Assembly: GCA_028534125.1 (NCBI GenBank)
Contig: CM052818.1
Coordinates: 32,738,001 to 32,802,000 of the forward strand
From: Lama glama
Lineage: Eukaryota
DNA: 64,000 nt
Reading direction: 5' to 3'
Below, piece after piece: positions 54,207 to 64,000 of this stretch (the first letter of the stretch is position 1; every line of letters starts with the position of its first letter). Made by a program: the position numbers and the translations under genes. The notes beneath the pieces are model-generated. The model was given only the letters and a program-made list of their open reading frames with translations. It did no database searches and was not told the origin of the DNA.

Positions 54207-56074
54207 CTATAAAAAGAATAAACAAATAAAATAAATCTAAAACTGTTCTCATTAGTTATCTCACAGCCACAGAATTATAAATGATTCTAATTTTGGTTTT
54301 TTAGCACTTGCTTTTTCTATTAGTGTTATTTGTACACTTTTCAGAAGATAATAAACATTCAGCACCTTCAGTAAAGCTACAAGGACTACAAAGGTTATGC
54401 TAAGTGTTTTATGAAACAAATACTTTTGCCTTTTAAGATCACTATACTATAGCACCTTTGAAACAGTCTGACAGACTATTAGTTTACTTTTTCCATTTGA
54501 TATGTACAGTAAAGTATCTAGCCAAAAAAGAAAGCAAAGTGAAAAGGGTGCCTCTGGAGACTGTTTTAACTCTGTTGCATGAGTAACACAGCATAAACTT
54601 ACTGCCAAAAAAGGACAATTTCCAGGTGCTTAACTGGTATTCACTTTTAAGTGACTTTCTACTTGGCACTATAGCAAGTATAGAGACACAAAGGCTATAA
54701 TTTTCCTGTAGTCTAGCATAAAAAGCTACAACAAAGACAATCTCAAGTGCATGTTCATCTTTTTGGAGTTACTTGATTTTTCTGAATTTGGCAGTAAGTT
54801 GCAACAACTAACCCAGGGGAGAGATAAAAGACACTAGGCACTAACTTTCTATGCTTTTATGCCATAACCTGCCTCACAATAAATAAATATAACTCAAAGT
54901 AGTGTTTACAAGCTGCTTTCACATACATTTCATTTGATGTTATTTCTATCCTTGAGGATATTCAAGTCCCTATTTTATCCTTCAAGAACATACCTTTATT
55001 TCTGATGTAGTTTTAGAAAAGTGGTTATAGCATGACATACTACTATCCACTTCCTGTCTTACTCGTCTGATTTAAACCACTGAAATCATACACTACACCT
55101 TAGAAATAAAAATGCAATACAAAATCAAATACAGAATTAGTCCCACTACAACATAAACTCCATGAGAATTAGAGGTCATCTCTCCTGATCACTCCTGCAG
55201 CAACCCCAGTGTTTAGAATAGTGTCTGGCATATAATACAGCCTCAAACATTTGACAAATAAGTGATTATTTGATTTAAGGAGACAGATTTAAATAGGACC
55301 CCCTACAATAATTAAGAATGGAAAAAAGCAAAAAAAAATGGAAAAAAGCAAAAATAGATTCTAATGGAGAATTTAGCAGTAAAAAATAATATATTCAATT
55401 TGAAAATTATTAATTCGCCTAAATTTTAATCAACCAAACATTTGTTCATTCACTCCCGTACTGACAAAAGCAAAAGACCAAATTCAAATGTAGCAGGGTA
55501 ATTTAGTAATAACACCTGGAAACAGTGCTACACAACAAATCAGTGATTTCTCACTGATGAAAAAGAGTACAACAAAATAAGGATGACCCACAGTATTCAG
55601 TATCCTTCTCTCTCTAGGCTAATAGGTATACATTAAAATCTAATAATAAACTTCAGCTTTTAAATAACTTCACAGAACTCAATATTTTTTGTGACACAGG
55701 ACCAGTAAAAATTTGTCATATCACAAGAATGTTGAGAGCTAAAACCTTAATGAACGCTAGAAAACCAGAGGCTACCGTCTATAGTGATATCTGTTCCACT
55801 TGGTTATTTTACTATATAAACTAATTATATGAGGGCCTTTCAGCTGAGTCAGCTGCAGTCAACCTGAAACAATTATGACCAAGGAGATTCCAAGGAATCA
55901 ACTGAATTAATAACATGATTCCCAGTTTCGGGTTCTTCTTCTGTTAAAGGCTCTCTTCTTGGGCTTCTGTTTGATAGATCATATTTTCAAAAACTCTGAA
56001 TTAAAGGAATGCTTTTGAAATGGAAAATTATTAGGGAATTTTCCCATTTTTCCATTAATAAGTTTTTATTTTTA

Positions 56075-56344
<270 letters not shown>

Positions 56345-56348
56345 TTAT

Positions 56349-56845
56349 TGTGGTAAGCAGCTTCTATGAAATGATTCTCAATGTGTACACCTTTTTGTAA
56401 TCCTCTTCTCTTGAATGTGGGCTGTAACTAGTGACTTACTTCTAACAAAGAAGATACAGCAAAAGTGAGATGAGCTGTCACTTCAGAGATTAGGTTACAA
56501 AAGACTGGGTTCCCATCTTGCTTGCGCTCTCTTGCCTTCTCTCATGCTTGATGAGGAAACTGCCTTACGGAGCACTCATGGTAAAGAGCTGAAGAAGGCC
56601 TTTGGCTAACAGCTCATTAGGAACTGAAGCTCTCAGTCCATTGGTCCATAAGGAACTGAATCCTTTCACAAATGAGCCTCGAGACTGCAGCCGCAGATGA
56701 TACCTTGTTTGCAGCTGTGTGAGACTTAGGACCAGAGGACCAGGCTACCCTGTGCCTGAATTTCCTAACCCACCGAAACTGTGAGATGATAAATTAATGC
56801 TGTTTTAAACCACAAAGTCTTGAGGTAATGTGTAATACTAATACA
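56349..56845 (+). mobile_element. MaLR solo LTR (MLT1F-like)
   Basis: tgtggtaagcagc...gtcacttcagagattaggttacaaaagact...gaaactgtgagatgataaa...ctaataca. Confidence 0.75.
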
Positions 56846-58142
56846 GTTACTCTTACTATCTGGTAGTTAAACTTAGGTACATTTTTTTTATACCAAGTAG
56901 CAACCAAACAGCAAAAACTAAGAAATAGCATAAATAACTTCTATTACCTTCAAGTTATTTCTATATTAAAGCATTCTGAAGAGTATTTTGTTGAGAATAT
57001 GAATCACTTTAATTTTAAGATGCCTTATAATTTACTTTATTTAAATTCACAGAAGGGATTGATCACTTCCACAAAATTTCAATTACCATCGCTTAAAGGT
57101 GATACTCTAAGCTAATTAATTTATTCAACATTTACTTAGCTTATCTCTTAACTACTAAACACTGAACAAAGTAACATGAAGCACATGACTTAATAAACTA
57201 TGTGAAAAAGAAAAAATTATTTATTAGCACATTACGCATCTGCAGGTTATGATATGAATATGGATCACTAAGAAACCTGCAGGGGAAGGAAAACTTTTGC
57301 AAACAGCAAATAGTCCTTGATTGAACAAAAGCTAATGGTTAAGTTCATAAAAAGCTATGTCATAAACACTAACAGCTACTAAAAGAAAACCCACCTTATC
57401 AAACCAAAAGTCATACAATACATTATTTATATCACTTCCCACTGCTATGTGAACTACAGAAAAATGCTTTCTGTGCCAACAAGTTTTCTGGCTGGAACAA
57501 TGTGATCACTCACTTAGGGTTGTAATATTTTGCTTTTGGCCAAAAGCCACTATAAGACTTGAAAGAAAAAGACAAATAATATTAAGTTATGTAATCTTCA
57601 AAGTAAATTAAAACGACAACTAAGACGACTACTGATACTGCAATACTGACCCCCCAAATTCTATACCTGTTTTTTCTAAATAGTGTACTGGAATGTCTAT
57701 TTCTCCACATCCTTGAAAACCATGGATATCAATTTCTGACTTTTTTTCAATCTGATCAGAGTTCTAGATTTGTTTTTAAGTTGCATTTCACTGATTACCA
57801 GTGAAGCTGAGGGTTTATGTTTACTGGCCAGTTGAATTTCTTCTACAATCTTCCCCCTTGTAAATTTTTCTATTCTATTGCCTTTTCCTTGTTTCTAAGA
57901 ACTCTTTACAGTGTGAACAACAATCTTTTAATCTGCTGTAGATATAGCAAATATTTCCTTCTTGTCTCTAACACGTCATTTTAGGAAAGTCTCGATTTCT
58001 AGAATTTTACATAATAAAACCTAGCAATCCTTTTTTTTTACAAAAATTTTTAGCTGTTTTCTCTAAATCATCTTCAATGTAAATACAGGAGGAAAACCAG
58101 GATTCAAAAGAGACTTGTTTCTAACTTTACCCATTTACATAC

Positions 58143-58274
58143 CACAAATTTTCAGTGGCGCTTCCAACTCCAAAAGAATAGGCTGGCTGAGAAAGATCTC
58201 CCGAGACTTGATACATAAGCCCCGAACTTCTGCTTCAGTCATCTGTACAATCTTTCCTGGACGACATCCTCGCA
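58143..58274 (-). CDS. PPP1CB: PPP1CB second coding exon; the first coding exon lies beyond the window end
   Basis: atcag|TG CGA GGA ... TGT G|gtatgt; 132 bp; (V)[43 protein letters not shown]. Confidence 0.98.
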
Positions 58275-60644
58275 CTGATAAGCAATAAATTAAATGGTTA
58301 GCTTTCTAAAATTTATCCATAAAATAGTAATTCTTAAAAAAAATCATGCTCATATTTTGAAGATCAGAAGAGTTATGTAGGTAGCAAACTACCAGATACC
58401 CTGTTGTGTCCTATGGCTAACAATAAGGTTATTCTATGACCTCTGGCTTCTCTCTATCTCCACTGCTGCTGGTTTCTGACACTCCTCAAGGCTGCTGCCA
58501 TGGAAATGTGGTCTTCTTTGCTCTCCAGTGGCCAACTTGAGGCTTTGCAGCCCAAGTGAACTAAAACCCATTAATCACTATGGTTCTAAGTAACTTCTGG
58601 GATGGAGTGGGGAGGAATGGTCCATGAGGAGTTCCTTATTTGCCCTGTTGAACTGCACTTAATAATCATTTCCTCTCATCATTAGCTTCTCCATTGGCTT
58701 TCTCTTTAATCTTTAAATATACTGCTAGCTCCCTTTCAATCTTTATTAAAAAAGCATTTAAAAAAGAAAACAAAGACTATATTTCTATATACCCCTACCA
58801 TTTCCCATTTACAATTAAGCCCACACATTTCTTGCTAAAAATGGTTGGTTTCTGTCAGGTTGAGAGGCTTTAAAAAAAAAAAAAAGCCCCCCTATGCAAA
58901 AGCCAACCCATGTATATATTCCATTAATATAGTAATACATAACAAAGAGGAGACAGAGGCAATGTTGAAATATGTTTTAAGCAAATATGATAGTAAGAGC
59001 ATCCCTGAAATTCAAAACAATGATCAGCAGAACTGCTTTTATTATGGTAACTTAGCACAGCTTCTACATTAGTAGTAGTTCTCAAATACCAATTACCTAC
59101 TTCCCATAAATTTGAATTTTCCTAAGATGAAAAAAGACATCTAACTTTGTACCTTTCATTAAAAATCTAGAATAGTAGCTTAGATTCAATGCCCTGTAAT
59201 AGGAACAGTTATTAATCTTGGTATGAAATTTTAAATGTGGGAAATGATGGTTACAAAAACAGTTCTACTGTCAATGCATCAAACACCTATCTATTTTGGT
59301 TTAAGAGGAAGAAAAATATGCTCCTTGGAAGATTAAAGATCTCTAGGTGCTTTCAGATGACAAATACACATCTAAAATTAGTATTTTACTTAAGTAAATA
59401 ATTACCTAAAAGTAATTATTTAGAGATAATAGCAATAGAGAACACAAACAAAATACTTTGGATTCTTATAAAAGTTTCTACAATCTCTGTTGTGATTCTG
59501 CTGTCATAAAACACTTTCTAGGTTACCAAAATGTAGTTGTAACTTGATGGCAATGATTATTAAGTAAATCAAGACTAGCGTGGGTCACTTCGATGTGTCA
59601 ATTTAAAGTGCCTAGATTACAGTGGTGAATATTTTATCTCACATTTGTTTTATTTCCTCTGTGTATTATGTATCTGTTTAATTTTTACTTCCCAAGCAAG
59701 TAATTTAGGTTATGCTGAGGTGCACTACAGCTAACATTTTTACAGAGCTAAAAATGCTTCAACTTCTAAGTCATGCTAATGCAGAGAAACTAAATTCAAA
59801 ACAAAAACACATGACATATATTTCACTCCATGCTCTTCCCCCAATTAATCTTTAAAGTTAGGAGATACCTTGCAATCAATAATTCCTTACAATTGTAATT
59901 GGTAGTGGCTTTTCCTCCCTTAGTGGCAAATAAAACTGCATTTCATTATCAATCACATCTAAGAGTTAATGAAATGTAGTTAGAGAAGCTTAGGATTCTT
60001 CTAAAGGTTAAGAGTTTGACAAATGTCCAAATCTAAGGAACAAATTAGCAAAATATTTCGGAGAATAGGGTGGATGGCTCAGGGTAATCCTACTGTCTTT
60101 CAATTCAAAAGCCATACTCCTTTATGTACTGCCACCAGCATGTACTCCTAGATTTCAAAGAGCACTTCAAATTTCTCAGTCATCTGGAAAAAAAGGACTA
60201 AATCAATCTGTTACATAGGGGAACTAGATCACTATCTCAGTATCCCTGAGGAATTACAGAATTTGGGTATATGAGCCCAGACCCAAGTTGTCTCTTTAAG
60301 TTATAAAAATACTGTACAACTGCATAATTAATTCAGTGCAAAGCAATTTCACATCATCTCATTTAATCCTTTTGATACTCTAGGAATTAAAAAGGGAAGT
60401 TACTATCTATACTGTACAATGATAGAGATTAAGTAACTTCTGTAAGATTATTAGAGGGAGTAAAAAGCAGTAGACAAGAATTTAGAACCAAGGTCTTACA
60501 ACTCAAAAGTCAATACTCTTTCTAGTTTACCACATAAAACTTTTTAGTCAAAAATTTACCAGAAAAAATTTTTCAGAAGGTGTGCAAGCCAAGTAAAAAC
60601 CTCATTATAGCAAATTATCCACCATACTATAACTGTTTAGAAAA

Positions 60645-63600
60645 TATTTTGAAGTATTACATAAAGTACGCTACCACTACGTGCACATCTCAATGAATTG
60701 ATTGTGTATACACCTAAGTAACCATCACCTAGACAAGATACAGAATACTTCCAGCAGCTCTGAAGGCTCCCTTATCCCTAATGATTCAATAATAATGCCC
60801 CAAGGTTACTATTATTTCTCCAAGTACAGATTAGCTATTTTGAATTTTAAGTACATAGAAAATACAATATTATGTACATATTAATATATAGTATAAATTA
60901 AAAAACACAGTATATACTCTTGCTCATTATTTCAAGTACAAATTCATTTTAACAGATACAATTCTGATTTTCTATTCCTTGTGTCAGTTTTGCCAATGTT
61001 AATAAAGTATCAAATTTATTAGGATATTTATAATCTTATTATCCATAAAATACATACATATATAATTTTTCTCCGACCCATTTGAGAACATACTGCATAC
61101 ATCATGCTCTTTTACCCCTTAATACATCAATATTATTTCCTAAGAATCTCTCTTATACAGCCACAGTACAAGTTATCAGATTCAGGGAATTTAATACTTA
61201 TACAAATCTTTAACCTAAAGAATTGCAGTACTGCATTTTTAATAACTGTCCCAATCATGTCCTTCATAATATTTTCTTTCCCTAGTACAGAATTCAATCC
61301 AGTATTATATTATTACATTTATTTGTTCAATCTCTTTAGTCTTAATAGTGTTGTCTCCTACAGCTTTCTTGATACTGGAAATTAAAATTTTTTCACATTA
61401 TCAATCTTTCTAGAGGTTTACCAATTTTATTAATCTTTTCAAGGATTTCCTTTTTTAAAATCATACATCCACTTTTTATTTGATTTCTGCTCTTATCTTT
61501 ATTATATTTTTCCTTCTACTTTTTTGGTTATAATTTGTTTATTCTTCTATTGTCTTGGAATAGCTTAATGTTCAGCCTTTTAAAAATTATACATTTAAAA
61601 CTGTGTGCATCCCTCTAAACATTACTTTTAGTGGCAACTGCAAAAGTTAACACATATTTTCATTATTATTTAGGTCAACATATTTTATAATTTTCACTTC
61701 TAATAAGCCAATAAGATATGTGAAAGTACATGGCTTAATTTCTAAATATTTGAGGAGTTCCTAGTTATCTGCTATCGATTTCTAGCTTATCAGCAATGAA
61801 GTCAGAGAACATATCTGAGATCTCATTTCTTTCAAATTTAGAGATCTGCTCTATGGTACAGCATATGGTATAGTTTAGTAAATGTCCACCCATATTTGAA
61901 AAGCACGTATATCCTGTAGTTTCTGGGTAAAGTGTTCTATGTGTGTCAATCAGGTCAAATTGACTGTGTTGTTTAAGTCTTCTAGAGCCTTACTGATTAC
62001 TTTTCTTGTTTATTAATTACTGAGAAAGGTACATTAATCTACTATGGTTGTGGTTTTCTCTCTTTCAACCTTTTGGTTCTAATAGCTTTTCTTTTTGTGT
62101 TTTTGATCTGTATTATGAAATATCTAAACAATTTAAGATTGTTATATCATCCTGTTGAATTAACCATTTTAATTATGCAATGCCCTTCTTTGTCTCCAGT
62201 GATTCTCCTTGCCTTACAGTTCTTTTCTGGCAAAAACATATAGCCAACTCAAAAAGTTTCTTTTGGTTAATATGTGCATAATATATTTTCCCCATTCTTT
62301 TATTCACTCGTCTGTGCCTTTAAATTTAAACTATGTCCCCCCCCGCCAAAAAAATTTATACTATGTCCCTTTTAAACAGGAGACAGGTATTCAGAGGTTT
62401 GTCTGGAGTGTTTGCTTCTTTCACATTTACTACAATCATTGACAAAGATGAGTTGAAGTCTACATCCTGTCATTTGTTTTGTCTCATCTGTTCTTTATTC
62501 CTCTCTTCTTACATTTCTTTGGAGTAATCGATTATCTTCTATTATTCCATTTTTCTCCTCTATTAGCTTTTCAGTTATACATTCTTTTTCTTTTGGTGCT
62601 CACTCTAGAGAAAATAAATGAACTCTTGACTGATTTCCACTCTCCAGACTTTTGTTCTACAGTTGCTATATACTGCTTCCACATATTTTAAAACCCACAA
62701 GCCATATTATTTTATACAGTATTAATTTATATTTATTAATATTGATCCTTATTATTGTTCTTCATTTCTTCCTCCAATTCTGTGCTTTTATCATATTCTT
62801 TCAACGTGAACTTTAAAGGAAGCAAAGGATACATTCTATGATTTGGTATAAGAATCTAAAGCATTTTCTAGTGCCAGTCTACTTTTAATAAATTTTCTTA
62901 GTTTTAGTTTGTCTTCATTTTACCTTCACTTTTCACAAGGATATGCCCATTGAATTTAGAATTCTACGTTAGCATTATTACTGTCCTCCTGAATGTAGTA
63001 ACTTATTATTATTGTTGCCTTATTATTGTCCTCCTGAAAGTAATGACTTCTTTCCCCTGGGAGCTTTTAAGATTTTCTTTTTCTTTGATTCTTAGCAGTT
63101 AAGTCTATGATGGGTCTTCTCAACATGATTTTATTTACATTTCTCCTACTTGGAATTCACAGAGCTTCTTCACTCTGTGTTTTGGCATCTTTCTCAATTT
63201 TGGAAAATTCTTGGTTAACAGATCTTTTATTCCACATCTCTTCTCCTTCTGGGAATCTCATTATACACGTTAACCTCCCCATTATCTCCTGTTGCTTTCT
63301 TTCTGTATCTCCCCTCTATTTTTTCTCTCAACACTACAAAATTTCTACTCAACTTTTTTTTTCTAGTTTATTACTTCTCTATTTTGCTGTTTCTAATTTG
63401 CTAATAAACCCAACCAATAAATTCTGAATTTTAGTTAATGTATTTTTCAGTCGTAGTTTCCAGGTTTCTGATAAATTTTGTTTCCTCTTTACCTTGAGCA
63501 TATTAAATCAGTGACCTTAAATTCTATGTGACCTCTAGTACATGAGTTATCTGTAGATTTATACTTTCTTCTCTTAATTTTTGGTCAGTTAATCCTGTTA

Positions 63601-63990
63601 ACATTCCCTTTAGTATTTCACTGAACGAAACATTTGACTATGAATAGTTCTAGATGACATATTCCTCCATAGAGGGTGCTTTCCTTTTAGCAGCAGACAG
63701 TAACCAAGGACTCACCCACACTTTCTTGAGAGCTAGTCTATTTCATTTTGCCCTCAATCTTAGGGACTGGCCATGTTGGGGGTCTCAGTGGAAAACTCAG
63801 AGTATAATATGACCTCTTACTTCCCAAGGTTTGAACTTCAACTTTTGCCTCTCTGGTACTAGGGGGATGCTGGAATCTGCTCGATCTTTAGCTTCCCAGA
63901 TATTGTTTTCTTCTGGGTTTCTTATAATCTTCTCTTACACATCTGTACCTTAGCAGTCAATGATTTTAGGGGGACCTGACTGCAGATTTT
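60645..63990 (-). mobile_element. Cluster of old, fragmented L1M elements in PPP1CB intron 1
   Basis: Very T-rich; decayed L1 motifs (aaatgtccacccatatttgaaaag, tgcccttctttgtctccagtga); boundaries approximate. Confidence 0.55.
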
Positions 63991-64000
63991 GAGGTTAGAG

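Noticed and set aside
55317..55354. Short tandem duplications (also at about 3534-3561 and 62975-63038)
   Set aside because: Ordinary slippage-type repeats; no repeat-spacer periodicity, so not CRISPR-like

Overview
Mammalian genomic DNA, AT-rich and repeat-laden. The tRNA-derived SINE copies resemble camelid Vic-1, so a camelid is likely. The window covers the conserved PPP1CB-SPDYA-TRMT61B locus. It holds the last five coding exons of TRMT61B (+, 1319-8650). It holds the complete coding region of SPDYA/Speedy A (-, CpG-island promoter about 33.8-34.7 kb), with a 312-aa long isoform and a 286-aa short isoform. It also holds coding exons 2-8 and the ~3.4-kb 3' UTR of PPP1CB (-, about 39.7-58.3 kb). 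All exon boundaries were read by hand and give GT-AG introns with consistent phases. I found no evidence of a new multi-gene system. The most unusual observations are: (1) a decayed 18S rRNA fragment in a SPDYA intron whose two halves are circularly permuted, suggesting integration from a circular intermediate; (2) a strong-Kozak upstream ATG in a SPDYA 5' exon that is in frame with the canonical start; (3) a tail-to-tail TRMT61B/SPDYA overlap in which one hexamer is both a poly(A) signal and a polypyrimidine tract; (4) an L1 remnant forming the acceptor region of a core SPDYA exon; and (5) several local templated duplications and micro-insertions. Gene, repeat and rRNA identities come from recalled sequences, not database searches.
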